DNA from: Nannocystales bacterium
GTDB lineage: Bacteria > Myxococcota_A > Polyangia > Nannocystales > Nannocystaceae
Reading direction: 5' to 3'
DNA: 64,000 bases
Assembly (NCBI GenBank): GCA_050633305.1
Contig: JBOEGF010000022.1
Span: forward strand, 64,001 to 128,000
Below are positions 18,277 through 28,061 of the stretch, piece by piece. Below the pieces are notes generated by a model. That model searched no databases. It was not told where the DNA came from and saw only the letters and a list, made by a program, of their open reading frames with translations. The stretch's first letter is position 1. The number at the start of each line of letters is the position of its first letter. The position numbers and the translations under genes are program-made.

Positions 18277-19966
18277 GGCTCTGCTCTCCGGGAACTCAGG
18301 TCTGCGCCCAGGACTGCTGGCATTGGCACTCGCATGTGCGTCGGTGGTTCCATCCGGTTGTGACGCACCACGAACGGCGACACAAAGTGGAAGCCGTAGC
18401 CCACGGCGAGTCCAGCGAGGTGTCTTCGATGGGATCACGCTGACGCCGTTCGAGGTGGAGTTCAACGGGCCGCCGGCCGAGGCCTACGGCGAGCCGGTGC
18501 GCCACACGCTTTCGCCCACCGAGACGATGATCGCGGCGGCGTTGACCGAGCGTGGCATGCAATCCGACCCCGCGTTGGACCGTGCTGCCCGCGAGCTCGC
18601 GCGAACGGCTCCCAACGGCGCCAACGTTCCAACCCGGTTGATCGAAGCGGTGCTCGCGTGGGCTGGCATTGTGAATCCGCCCCCGCGACTGGTGATCGTC
18701 GAGTTGCCTGAGGATCCACAGGCTTGCTACCGCAGCTACGCAGAGTCCTGCCAAGGCGCCGTCGCTTCGTTGGTCGGCAAGGTGGAGTCTTCGCCGACCC
18801 GAATCCCTGAGAGGGTCGGGGTGGGGGTGGCCCGCGGAACCGACGGCCGCACACGGATGGTCACGGCCGTTGTCCCCCCGACGGTGGCGATGGCTTCGGT
18901 GCCGACGAGCGTCGCGGCGGGAGAGCGAATCGACATCCGAGGGCGTCTGGTCGGTGCCCGATCGGCCCCCAGCATCGAAGTCGTCGAGCCCTCAGGGCGG
19001 GTGTACACCGCGCCCGCTTCGGTGTCCTTGGACGGATCCTTCTCTGCGCAACTCGAGTGCGCGTCCCGGGGCGTCTACCAGATCGAGGTGATGGCGGAGG
19101 GCGCTCACGGGCCCGGGGAAGTCGTGGCGAACTTCCCGGTGTCCTGCGCCGAGCCTCCGCCGCAGCGGGTTCGCATCGAACTCGAGCGGATCTCCGCTGG
19201 AGTCGAGGCAGAAGCCCTCGCGCGCGCCAATTTCGCGCACCTCAACCACGAGCGCAAACAACGAGGGTTGGCCCCGTTGTCTTGGGATGACCGAGCCGCG
19301 GGGGTCGCAGAGGCGCACAGCCGGGACATGATGCGCGGTGGTTATGTCGGGCACGTGTCCCCCAAGACAGGAGACGTGGGCGGGCGCTTCAAGCGGGCGC
19401 GCATCGTCGGTGGCGTCATTCGGGAGAACGTGGCGTTGGGCTACGGTCCCAAGGGCGTGCACGACAGCTTGATGTCGTCTCCGGGGCATCGCGGCAACCT
19501 GCTCGCCGAGGATGTGACGCACGTGGGGGTTGGGGTTGTGCTGGGGCCCGAGGATCCGGAGGCTCCCGAGGCGCCGCCGGGGCTGTACGTCACCCAGAAC
19601 TTCTTCAAGAAGCCCGGGGCGGGGGCTCCCCGGGATGGGCAGCTTGCGCCGACGATCCGGGCTCGTGTCGATGGAGCCCGCACCGAGCGAGGTCTGCCAG
19701 CCGCGCGGTGGGACGACGGCCTGGATGTGGTTGCGAATACGCTCGCGGCTCGGGTTGCTGCGGGACGGCGGCTTCCCAGCGGATGGGAAGAGGAGGTGTT
19801 CGACCTCGGCTACGAGAGCGTGGACACCCATCAAGTCACCGCTCCCGACTTCGACGCCCTCCCGGCGGTCGATCTGTTCCTTGGCTCGCAGCTCGCGGCC
19901 GGGGTGGGGGTCGCCCGGCAGCCCAAGGACCGTGGATTCGTCATGATCGTGCTTGTCGTCGACTGA
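18221..19966 (+). CDS. CAP/SCP domain-containing secreted protein
   Basis: LN.ER...GLAPL.WD..A..HS.DM...Y.GH, ENVA, MSSPGHR.NLL....HVGVGV. True start is probably near 18300. Confidence 0.82.
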   Translation: MCRISMRRRTRRYWNCYPEALLSGNSGLRPGLLALALACASVVPSGCDAPRTATQSGSRSPRRVQRGVFDGITLTPFEVEFNGPPAEAYGEPVRHTLSPTETMIAAALTERGMQSDPALDRAARELARTAPNGANVPTRLIEAVLAWAGIVNPPPRLVIVELPEDPQACYRSYAESCQGAVASLVGKVESSPTRIPERVGVGVARGTDGRTRMVTAVVPPTVAMASVPTSVAAGERIDIRGRLVGARSAPSIEVVEPSGRVYTAPASVSLDGSFSAQLECASRGVYQIEVMAEGAHGPGEVVANFPVSCAEPPPQRVRIELERISAGVEAEALARANFAHLNHERKQRGLAPLSWDDRAAGVAEAHSRDMMRGGYVGHVSPKTGDVGGRFKRARIVGGVIRENVALGYGPKGVHDSLMSSPGHRGNLLAEDVTHVGVGVVLGPEDPEAPEAPPGLYVTQNFFKKPGAGAPRDGQLAPTIRARVDGARTERGLPAARWDDGLDVVANTLAARVAAGRRLPSGWEEEVFDLGYESVDTHQVTAPDFDALPAVDLFLGSQLAAGVGVARQPKDRGFVMIVLVVD

Positions 19967-20024
19967 GCGCGCTCGTGGGGGTTTCTCATGGCCCTGCAGC
20001 GGTCGGGTTCGTATGCTCCGCCCG

Positions 20025-20927
20025 ATGAGCACGCACCCAGGATCCCTTGCCGCCCGTGATGCAGTGGTTCTCGGGGTGATCGGCGGCTCGGGCCTCTATG
20101 CCATGGACGCCCTTCAAGGCGCCGAGTCGGTCACCCTCACCACCCCGTTTGGCGATCCCAGCGGGCCGTACACCGTCGGGACGCTCGAGCGTCCGGGCAA
20201 GGCTCCGCTGCGCTCGGTGTTCTTGCCGCGGCACGGATCGGGGCACCGGGTGCTTCCCTCGGAGATCAACTACCGCGCCAACATTCACGGCCTCAAGCAG
20301 CTCGGTGTGACCCACCTGATGAGCGTCTCGGCGGTGGGGTCGCTGCAAGAAGAGGTGGTCCCCGGACACATCGTGTTCCCCGACCAGTTCATCGATCGTA
20401 CGAAGCATCGGGCGACGTCGTTCTTCGGCGACGGCGTCGTTGGACACGTTCAGTTCGGGCACCCCACGACGAAGGGCTTGCGGGAACTGGCTCAGGAGGC
20501 GGCGTCCTCGACCGGAGCGACCGTGCACAACGGCGGGTCGTGTGTCGTCATCGATGGACCGGCGTTCTCGACCCGGGCGGAGTCCGAGCTGTATCGCAGC
20601 TGGGGCGCGCGAATCATCGGCATGACCGCGTTGCCCGAGGCCAAGCTGGCCCGGGAGGCGGAGCTGGCCTACTGCCTGCTTGCGATGTCCACCGACTACG
20701 ACTGTTGGCACGACGAAGAGGTCAGTGTCGATGCTGTGGTCGCTGTGATGCAGGCGAACGTCGACGTTGCGCGCAAGACCATCGTACGCCTCGCGGAACT
20801 GCTTCCCGAGCGCAACGAGGAACTCCCCTATCCCCGTGCTTGCGAGAACGCGGTCATGACGACTCCCGAGACCATGACCGACGAGGCACGAAAACGACTC
20901 GACTTGATCATCGGACAGTATCTGTAA
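20025..20927 (+). CDS. mtnP: S-methyl-5'-thioadenosine phosphorylase
   Basis: GVIGGSGLY, FLPRHG..H..LPSEINYRANI, SAVGSL, PDQFIDRT, GPAFSTRAES, GMT.LPEAKLAREAE, STDYDCW. Confidence 0.93.
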   Translation: MSTHPGSLAARDAVVLGVIGGSGLYAMDALQGAESVTLTTPFGDPSGPYTVGTLERPGKAPLRSVFLPRHGSGHRVLPSEINYRANIHGLKQLGVTHLMSVSAVGSLQEEVVPGHIVFPDQFIDRTKHRATSFFGDGVVGHVQFGHPTTKGLRELAQEAASSTGATVHNGGSCVVIDGPAFSTRAESELYRSWGARIIGMTALPEAKLAREAELAYCLLAMSTDYDCWHDEEVSVDAVVAVMQANVDVARKTIVRLAELLPERNEELPYPRACENAVMTTPETMTDEARKRLDLIIGQYL

Positions 20928-20932
20928 CGTTC

Positions 20933-21020
20933 GCGGGAACCATCCGAGGTTCCCTGCTCAAGACGACAGCGAAGCCTGGCTTCGTTCGCCTTCCAACGAT
21001 CGCCCTGTCGGAGTTGGAGG
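20933..21020. repeat. Intergenic cluster of short inverted repeats (REP-like hairpins)
   Basis: GGGAAC/GTTCCC, CGAAGCC/GGCTTCG and TCCAAC/GTTGGA stems between mtnP and the PfkB gene. Confidence 0.45.
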
Positions 21021-21081
21021 CTTTCGCACCCACACGGTCGTGTTCTTGGAACGCGGCCCCTCAACTCTCAGAAGAACACAC

Positions 21082-22017
21082 ATGAGCGATAACAAACCCT
21101 CCGTGCTCGTCGTTGGCAGCGTGGCCGTCGACTGGGTCATCACCCCCCGTGCAGAGCGCGAAGAATCGATCGGCGGCGCCGCGACGTTCTTCTCGATGGC
21201 CGCCTCCTACCTCTCCGACGTTCGGCTTGTCGGCGTCGTCGGGGATGACTTCCCCCAGCAAGGCCTCGCCGACCTGAAGTCGCGTGGCGTGGACCTCGAT
21301 GGCCTCGAGGTCAACTCCGAGGGCAAGACCTTCCGCTGGAAGGGCAAGTACCACGACAACATGAACGGCCGAGACACGCTGGACACCCAACTCGGCGTGT
21401 TCGAAGCGTTCGACCCGAAGCTTCCGGAGCACTACCAGGAGACCGACTACCTGTTCCTCGCGAACATCGTGCCGGCGCTGCAACTCAAGGTGTTGGAGCA
21501 GATGCGGACGCGGCCAAAACTGGTCGGTCTCGACTCGATGGATCTGTGGATCAACATCGCCCGAGAGGACCTCGTCAAAGTCATCGGCAAGGTCGACGTC
21601 CTGACGATCAACGAAGAAGAGGCCATGCTCCTGACCGGAGAACACAACCTGGTCAAAGCAGCCAAGGCGATCCGCGGCATGGGTCCGCACAGCCTGGTGA
21701 TCAAGCGCGGTGAATACGGCGCACTGCTGTTCCACGACGAAGAGATCTTCTCCGCGCCGGCGCTTCCGCTCGAAGACGTGGTCGATCCGACCGGCGCAGG
21801 CGACTCGTTCGCTGGCGGATTCATGGGGTACCTCGCCCGCGGCGTGGAGCCCACGGGGCAGAACCTCCGCACCGCGATGATCTACGGGTCGGTGCTGGCC
21901 AGCTTCAACGTCGAAGGCTTCTCGTATGACTCGATGAAGGACCTGAGTATCGAGAAGATCCAGGCGCGCTTCGACCAGTTCTCCCGGCTGACCGACTTCA
22001 GCCGGGCCGAACTCTAG
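21082..22017 (+). CDS. PfkB/ribokinase family carbohydrate or nucleoside kinase
   Basis: GSVAVD, GGAATF, INEEEA, IKRGEYG, DPTGAGDSFAGG. Confidence 0.92.
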   Translation: MSDNKPSVLVVGSVAVDWVITPRAEREESIGGAATFFSMAASYLSDVRLVGVVGDDFPQQGLADLKSRGVDLDGLEVNSEGKTFRWKGKYHDNMNGRDTLDTQLGVFEAFDPKLPEHYQETDYLFLANIVPALQLKVLEQMRTRPKLVGLDSMDLWINIAREDLVKVIGKVDVLTINEEEAMLLTGEHNLVKAAKAIRGMGPHSLVIKRGEYGALLFHDEEIFSAPALPLEDVVDPTGAGDSFAGGFMGYLARGVEPTGQNLRTAMIYGSVLASFNVEGFSYDSMKDLSIEKIQARFDQFSRLTDFSRAEL

Positions 22018-22037
22018 TCCATCCCTGGACCCCCTGA

Positions 22038-22131
22038 GCATCGCCTGATGCTGTCGCGGGGGACCCCGACACGACACGTCTGAGCGGGGCGAGACTCATT
22101 CCCTGCGGGCCCACGGTTGGGCTTGCGGGGA
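22038..22131. terminator. Hairpin cluster after the PfkB gene (possible terminator/REP-like)
   Basis: AGCATC/GATGCT and CCCTGCGGGCCCA/TGGGCTTGCGGGG stems; no U-tract. Confidence 0.35.
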
Positions 22132-22199
22132 GCGAGATTGGCCGGGCGCCTTGGGCTGGTGGATTCGGGGGCCCGAGGGGGGCATAGTGTTGCGCAAGG

Positions 22200-22829
22200 A
22201 TGAGCGCGCCCACCGATTTCGAGCTGCTCGAGGCCTGGCGGGGCGACGACGAGTCCGCGGGGCGAGAGTTGTTCGCCCGGTACTTCGATTCGGTCTTCCG
22301 GTTCTTTCGGAACAAGGTCGACGACGCAGCCGAAGACCTGACCCAGCAGACCTTCATGGGGTTGGTGCAGAGCAAGGATCGCTTTCGTGGCGACGCCAGC
22401 TTTCGCACCTACGTGTTCATGATCGCTCGCAAGCGGTTGTACTCGCACCTTCGCAAGCGTGACCGTCGAGGAGACGCGGTGGAGTTCGGCTCCATGTCCG
22501 TCGCCGACCTTGGCGTGGTGTCGCCCTCGCGGGCGGTGGCGGTTCGTCAAGAACAGCAGCTGTTGCTCAGCGCGTTGCGTCGGTTGCCGATCGACATGCA
22601 GCTGGCGCTCGAGCTGTTCTACTGGGAGGAACTCACGGTCACCGAAATCTCGGCCGTCCTCGAGACGCCGGTCGGTACGGTGAAGAGCCGTCTGCAGCGC
22701 GCCCGCACTCGGCTCGACGGCGTGATCGCGGAACTCAGCGAGTCCGAAGACCTGCTGCGAAGCACGATGGACAACTTCGAGATGTGGGCCAAAGACCTGC
22801 AGGCGCGGCTGATCCCGCCCAAGCGCTAG
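22200..22829 (+). CDS. ECF RNA polymerase sigma-70 factor with short C-terminal extension
   Basis: Sigma2 AEDLTQQTF..FRTYVFMIAR; sigma4 ELFYWEELTVTEIS.VL..PVGTVKSRLQRAR. Confidence 0.92.
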   Translation: MSAPTDFELLEAWRGDDESAGRELFARYFDSVFRFFRNKVDDAAEDLTQQTFMGLVQSKDRFRGDASFRTYVFMIARKRLYSHLRKRDRRGDAVEFGSMSVADLGVVSPSRAVAVRQEQQLLLSALRRLPIDMQLALELFYWEELTVTEISAVLETPVGTVKSRLQRARTRLDGVIAELSESEDLLRSTMDNFEMWAKDLQARLIPPKR

Positions 22830-23046
22830 AGCCTTCGCCCAGCGCGGTTGCGTTCGGCACCGACTGGAGACGACGCATCGCGTGTCGTCATGAGATGAGA
22901 CGAGCACAGAGGCTCCGGTCACCGTGATGCGCCCACCAACCAACTGAGAGACCGACCGCGCCGAGCGTGGGAGGGGTCCGGAGCCGCAAGGCGAAATCTC
23001 CAGACCCCGCTGACACCTGCCTGCAGCCCCGGTGTTGTTCCCTCCC

Positions 23047-24432
23047 ATGAGAACAGCACCTTGGCTTGAACACGCTGCGGCACTGACGCTACTCGTTGTC
23101 GCCGCCTGCGACACGGCGACAACGGACCCCGTCCCGGTCACGGACCTCGAGCAGCTCGAGGGCATTTGGGAGCGGCGCGGCTACGCGCAGATGCTCGAGA
23201 TCCACGACGGTCAAGTAACGGATATCCACGTCACGGCCGCCAGCTGTGTACGCACAGAGAGTTCCGACTACGCCGACGTCTTCGACGCCCATGACTCGAT
23301 CGTCTCCGAGGGGACGCGGTTGTCGTGGCACGAACTTGGGCACTTCACACGGGCCGACTTCGATCGGGTTCCGTCACTCCCGTCGTCATGCATGGAGGCC
23401 GGGGCACTCACCGATCCCGTCACCAACTTCGAGGCGCTGTGGCGACTGTTCGCAGAGAACTACGCATACTTCGAGGTTCGAGGGGTGGACTGGGACCAGA
23501 TGCACTTGGCCCATGTATCGCAAGTGGATGCCGACACCTCCGGCGAGGCGCTTTTCGGGGTCTTCCAGGAGATGCTGAGCCCACTGAGCGATGGGCATGT
23601 CTGGGTCTACGATGGCGAGGCGATGGGCTTCCTCAGCGGGTCTTTCGGTGCGATGTGGGAGCGATGGGCGGCGCAGTACGACGGAGAGCCGGTCACGAAC
23701 CCCATCGATCCTCGACGCGACTTCATCGTGGACATGCAACACCTTGTTCTCGAAGACGTGCTGGGAGGCGAAGGGAGCAGCGGCCTCCACGGCACGCTGC
23801 ACTGGGGCTGGCTCAACGACGAGGTCGCCTACCTCGATGTCCACGAGATGGCATTCTCGGACGGGGCCGAGCTGACGATCCCGCAGATGCAGGACGAGGT
23901 CGACACGACCATGGCCCTGGTCATGGAGGACCTCGGTGGGGCGGAGGCGTTCGTCATCGACGCGCGTTTCAACCAAGGCGGCCGGGACACGATGGGCTTC
24001 GCGATCGCGGGCTGGTTCACCGATGAAGAGGTGATCGTCGCACGCAAGCGCGCTGTCGACCAAGGCGGCTGGACCGAGGACCAAGACGTCTTCGTAGCTC
24101 CGCGGACCGACGCACCCTTCCTTGGGCCGATACGCTTGTTGACGAGCGGCAACACGGTGAGCGCGGCCGAGACGTTCACCATGGCCATGAGTGCGCTCCC
24201 CAACACCGTCCGCGTCGGCACAGCGACCTACGGCGCGTTCTCCGATGTGCTCGTGCGGCAGCTGCCCAACGGGTGGCTGGTCGGGCTGTCGAACGAGGTC
24301 TACGAGGCTCCCGACGGCTCCGTCTACGAGGCTATCGGGTTCCCGCCGGACCTCGAAGTCGCGTACGACGATGCGCTGAGCTTCGAAGGGAACCTCCAAC
24401 TCACGCTCGATGCCGCGGTGGCCGGACTCTGA
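23047..24432 (+). CDS. S41 family (tricorn/C-terminal processing-like) peptidase lipoprotein
   Basis: VAAC lipobox; NYAYF..RGVDW, L.DGHV, IDARFNQGG, TVSAAETF, G..TYGA. Confidence 0.88.
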   Translation: MRTAPWLEHAAALTLLVVAACDTATTDPVPVTDLEQLEGIWERRGYAQMLEIHDGQVTDIHVTAASCVRTESSDYADVFDAHDSIVSEGTRLSWHELGHFTRADFDRVPSLPSSCMEAGALTDPVTNFEALWRLFAENYAYFEVRGVDWDQMHLAHVSQVDADTSGEALFGVFQEMLSPLSDGHVWVYDGEAMGFLSGSFGAMWERWAAQYDGEPVTNPIDPRRDFIVDMQHLVLEDVLGGEGSSGLHGTLHWGWLNDEVAYLDVHEMAFSDGAELTIPQMQDEVDTTMALVMEDLGGAEAFVIDARFNQGGRDTMGFAIAGWFTDEEVIVARKRAVDQGGWTEDQDVFVAPRTDAPFLGPIRLLTSGNTVSAAETFTMAMSALPNTVRVGTATYGAFSDVLVRQLPNGWLVGLSNEVYEAPDGSVYEAIGFPPDLEVAYDDALSFEGNLQLTLDAAVAGL

Positions 24433-24575
24433 GGGCTGCTGGTCCCCGTGCGACCCGGCGTTGCGGGGGCCTTGTCCCTCACGGAACGGTCACCGAGGTG
24501 TTGGAGACCTGCGGCGACAGCTCTCGGACGTGGTCGTACCCGCCGTCGTCCTTCTCCGCGAGCGGAGCTCGCCGT

Positions 24576-25181
24576 TCAGCGTTGCTTCCAGTGCGCGTGG
24601 AACAGCGTCTGCTCGTTCGACGGACGTTCGACCTCGACGGTCGCTCCCATGGCGCCGCTGAGGTCGAGGACGACTCGGAACCCTGCGGCGGTCGCGAGGC
24701 TCACCTCGGGATCCCACAGGTCGGGCCCGTGGTTGAGGTCGAGTCGAACGGCGTTGTCGGTTCGAGCACCCAGGCTCAGCTCGGTGCCGCGATGAAGCGA
24801 ACTCCACCGCAGTGCGATTGCCCCGAAGAGCATCCCGGGGGTCGCGAGGGCGAACATCACCCGGTACATCGCCGTTTGAAACAGCTCCCGCTGCCGCAAG
24901 TGGCAGAAGCGGACGAAGTCCTCCCGGTCGGTGCACACCGAGTCGCGAAGCACGAGGAGAAGTGCGTGGGTATGCACCTGCGAGACCCAGTGGGTCACAG
25001 GCGGAGGCGCGTCCAGGAGGGCTGAAAGGGCCTGTGGAAGGGCCTCCCGCGTCTGCCGCGGGATGGGGCGGAAGTTGGCGACCGACCGCAGGAGCGAAGC
25101 TTTGGCTTGGGCTTCGGGGTAGCTGTCGAGTCCTTGAGGCAGGCGATCGATATACGCCTCAAGGTGCGGGAGCCGGGCCAC
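24576..25181 (-). CDS. Myxobacterial hypothetical protein (DUF2378/V4R-like)
   Basis: YIDRLPQGLDSYPEAQAKAS, PPPVTHW, YRVMFALATP..W..LHRGT. Confidence 0.65.
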   Translation of the reverse strand: MARLPHLEAYIDRLPQGLDSYPEAQAKASLLRSVANFRPIPRQTREALPQALSALLDAPPPVTHWVSQVHTHALLLVLRDSVCTDREDFVRFCHLRQRELFQTAMYRVMFALATPGMLFGAIALRWSSLHRGTELSLGARTDNAVRLDLNHGPDLWDPEVSLATAAGFRVVLDLSGAMGATVEVERPSNEQTLFHAHWKQR

Positions 25182-25241
25182 CGCGGGAGTCTACATTGCG
25201 AGAGACGGTCGGGGTTGGTCCGGCGGATGGGGCGCGGGAGA

Positions 25242-28010
25242 TCACCGGGACACACAGCTCGCGTCGGAGGCCTGGACGGAGGCGGCCAGGGTCGCGAGAT
25301 GGGTGAACGCCCGATACGAGTGGTAGTCCTGCATGAAGTCGTTGCGCCAGAACAGCTGGCGGTGAATCCAGAGAATGCCTGGCGACTCCGTACTCAGGGG
25401 GTCCTCATCCCACTGCCAGGACCAGTCGTGCCAGTCGTCGGGGATTGCCCGCAAAGAGGCGTCTGAGATGGCTCCGGTGTCGTCGGCGTCGGTGTGGTGG
25501 CAGTTGAGCCCAAGCACTCGGACCGCACGTTCGTAGTAGATGGATCCGGGTCCTTCGAGCGAGGCGAGGTAGGCCAAGGGGGCAAGGTGGTAGTAGACGG
25601 ACCCCGCGCTCCCGCTGGTGGTCAGCCCCATGGGATCGTTGTCCGCGGCGAGCGCGTTCGCAGCGATGCTCAGCGCTTCGAGCGCTCGGGGATCGCCAGT
25701 GCGCTCGTGTTCGTACATCAGCCCGGGCAACACGCGGACGAACACGTTGAAGTTGTCGCCCACATCGCCGAGCCCATCGAACTCCCCCCGGATGTACGCG
25801 GTGTCGTTCGTGTTGAGCCAGAGCAGCAGCTGCTCGTTGCGATCGGTGTAGCGGCTGTGGAGTTGTGGGTCGTCGTAGAACACGGCAGCAGCTCGCGAAA
25901 GCACGTCGATACCGTTGGCACCGCCGGTCCACTGGGGGTTGTCGGGGCCGTACCTCGTGATGAACTCGGCCGCCTCGTACAGCGCGTCGCGGGCCCGAGC
26001 GTCGCCCGAGAGGTAGTACCAAGTCTCCACGCCGGCGATGTGGCTGTACTCGGGCAAGCCGGCATAGCCGGAGAATGCTTGCCGTCCATGTCGGTGCTGG
26101 CTTCCGACGGTGAACTCCCGGTTGCGGCCGTTCCACGGCGTGTCGTCGATGCTCGATGCGTCCCCGTAGTGGACCATGCTCTGGTCTTGGGTGTGGCGTG
26201 CGAGGGCCTCCGCGTCGAGCAGGACGTCGGCGGAGGGAGCCCGAAGGTATTGCGCCCAGAGCTGGTTGCTCGGCTCCCCAGAGTTGCCCGACCACCCGTA
26301 GCGCCCCAGCTCGCTCCACGTGAAGGATGCGTTCCCACCGTCGAAGCGGCCCCGGATATCGCCGTAGTCCTCGATGCCAAACCACGCGAACTCGCGTCGT
26401 TGGTTGACGCGCATGAAGTCGGCGGTCACGCGAAGGGCTGCGTCCGCTCGCTGATGCGCTTGCGCGCCCGCGTCCAACGGAATGTGAAAACTTCCCAATC
26501 CCATGACTCGTGCTTCGGAGACCCAGCCTGCCGGAGGGGTGAGGGGCAAGGGTCCGGCGTCGAGGCCTTGGGCGGCGGTCCGCAGTGCGTCGTGGTCGGC
26601 GGTGCCCTCGAACGGAGTCCACATCCAGGTGTCGGTCACGCTCAATCCCTGCGCACCACGATCCGCCTCCCCACCCGTCTCGCCGTTGGCGGTGTCGAGG
26701 GTGTTGCTGTAACGAGCCAAGCTCCACGGCTCAGCGATGCGCGGATAGAGCTGAATCTCGATTCCATCGGGTTCGAGGGAGAGCGCTTTGGGGAATCGCT
26801 CCGCCATGTCGCGGAGGATCACGGCCTGACCGATCGAACCATCGGACCGCGATGCGATGCCGTGGGCGGGACCAGGCCGCGGTTGTCCATCGATGGTGTG
26901 CTCGTTCCATGCGAGTTGGGCGAGCTGCCCCGCTCCGGGCTCTCCTTCCACGGCGTCCTCGTTCCCGGACGCGGGGAGCCTGAACCCATAGGCCTGCACG
27001 CCATCACCTTGGGCTCCCGTGTAGACGAAGGTCTGCTCGAAACGCAGCTGCGGTTGGCCCCGCGTGGCATGGACACGCACGATGAACGTGCCCGCGCTTT
27101 GCCCGGTGTCCGAGAGGTGGGTGCCGGACACCCGTACGACCGCGTGCACCGGGCCTTGTTCCTCGACGACGACTTCGAGGGCGAACGGGTCATAACGATT
27201 GGCCGCGCGGTCGAGGTTCTCTGAGCCCCAGTTTCGGTACGCCTCGATCGCGTCGCCGCTGGCCGGGACCGTGCTGGGCTGCAGACGGGCGCCGAGGTAT
27301 TCGGTGTCTCCGACGGCCACGAACGGACCACGATCCGTGCCGCTGGGGAGGTCGAGGACGAGGACGTCGTCCAGCCACGCGCGGCGCAGGACCGACCCAC
27401 TGAGCCTGTCGATCTCGACCCGCAAAGGACCGGTATCGAGGAGCACGGCGTCTTCGGTCTGGAGGACGGACAGGGGCGACGACACCTCTGCGGGCTCATC
27501 GGGGACACGCAACACGAGCTCCTTGGTCTCGTCGGCGTCGAGGTCCGCGGTGGTGTCGAGTAGAACCCAACGCCTGGACCCGTCCGGCCACTGCGCCAAG
27601 TCGCGCGCTTGGGTCGGCCAGACGCTTCCGTCCGCGTCGACCAAGCGTAGCGGCTCCTCGGCGTCGACGAGGCCTTGCGGAAGCGGAACGCCCCAACGGA
27701 CGTGCGCCCCATCCCGGCGGGTCCCGGCTGGCTCGTGCAGGGAGAGCGCGACGACGTCTCGACCCTCTGGGTTCGGGTCGTCGGTGTCGGCCGTCCCGGT
27801 TTCTCCGGCCGTCTCGGTGTCCTCGGACTCTGAACTTTCGCCGCCTTCGCTGGCTGACGGGGTGTCGGCGCTGGTTTCTGTGCCCCCCGATGTGCTCTCG
27901 GTTCCCGAACTCGCTCCGTCGCTCGCTCCGTTGTCGTCGGTACACGCGCTCATCAGGAGTCCGGCGAAGGCTGCAGCGAGGGTCCGAATGCGGGGTCCGT
28001 GGGGGCGCAC
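25242..28010 (-). CDS. Large lipoprotein, PcRGLX/YetA-like (putative polysaccharide lyase; RIFT-like N-terminal domain + alpha-barrel)
   Basis: MSAC lipobox and acidic linker; VRWGVPLPQG..LAQWPDGS.RW, EQGPV.AVVRV.G, WFG.EDYGD, H..D....H. Confidence 0.72.
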   Translation of the reverse strand: MRPHGPRIRTLAAAFAGLLMSACTDDNGASDGASSGTESTSGGTETSADTPSASEGGESSESEDTETAGETGTADTDDPNPEGRDVVALSLHEPAGTRRDGAHVRWGVPLPQGLVDAEEPLRLVDADGSVWPTQARDLAQWPDGSRRWVLLDTTADLDADETKELVLRVPDEPAEVSSPLSVLQTEDAVLLDTGPLRVEIDRLSGSVLRRAWLDDVLVLDLPSGTDRGPFVAVGDTEYLGARLQPSTVPASGDAIEAYRNWGSENLDRAANRYDPFALEVVVEEQGPVHAVVRVSGTHLSDTGQSAGTFIVRVHATRGQPQLRFEQTFVYTGAQGDGVQAYGFRLPASGNEDAVEGEPGAGQLAQLAWNEHTIDGQPRPGPAHGIASRSDGSIGQAVILRDMAERFPKALSLEPDGIEIQLYPRIAEPWSLARYSNTLDTANGETGGEADRGAQGLSVTDTWMWTPFEGTADHDALRTAAQGLDAGPLPLTPPAGWVSEARVMGLGSFHIPLDAGAQAHQRADAALRVTADFMRVNQRREFAWFGIEDYGDIRGRFDGGNASFTWSELGRYGWSGNSGEPSNQLWAQYLRAPSADVLLDAEALARHTQDQSMVHYGDASSIDDTPWNGRNREFTVGSQHRHGRQAFSGYAGLPEYSHIAGVETWYYLSGDARARDALYEAAEFITRYGPDNPQWTGGANGIDVLSRAAAVFYDDPQLHSRYTDRNEQLLLWLNTNDTAYIRGEFDGLGDVGDNFNVFVRVLPGLMYEHERTGDPRALEALSIAANALAADNDPMGLTTSGSAGSVYYHLAPLAYLASLEGPGSIYYERAVRVLGLNCHHTDADDTGAISDASLRAIPDDWHDWSWQWDEDPLSTESPGILWIHRQLFWRNDFMQDYHSYRAFTHLATLAASVQASDASCVSR

Positions 28011-28061
28011 GTCTCAGGGACGCCCCCGGAGCTCGCGATGGCTCAAAAAACGTCCCGGCCC

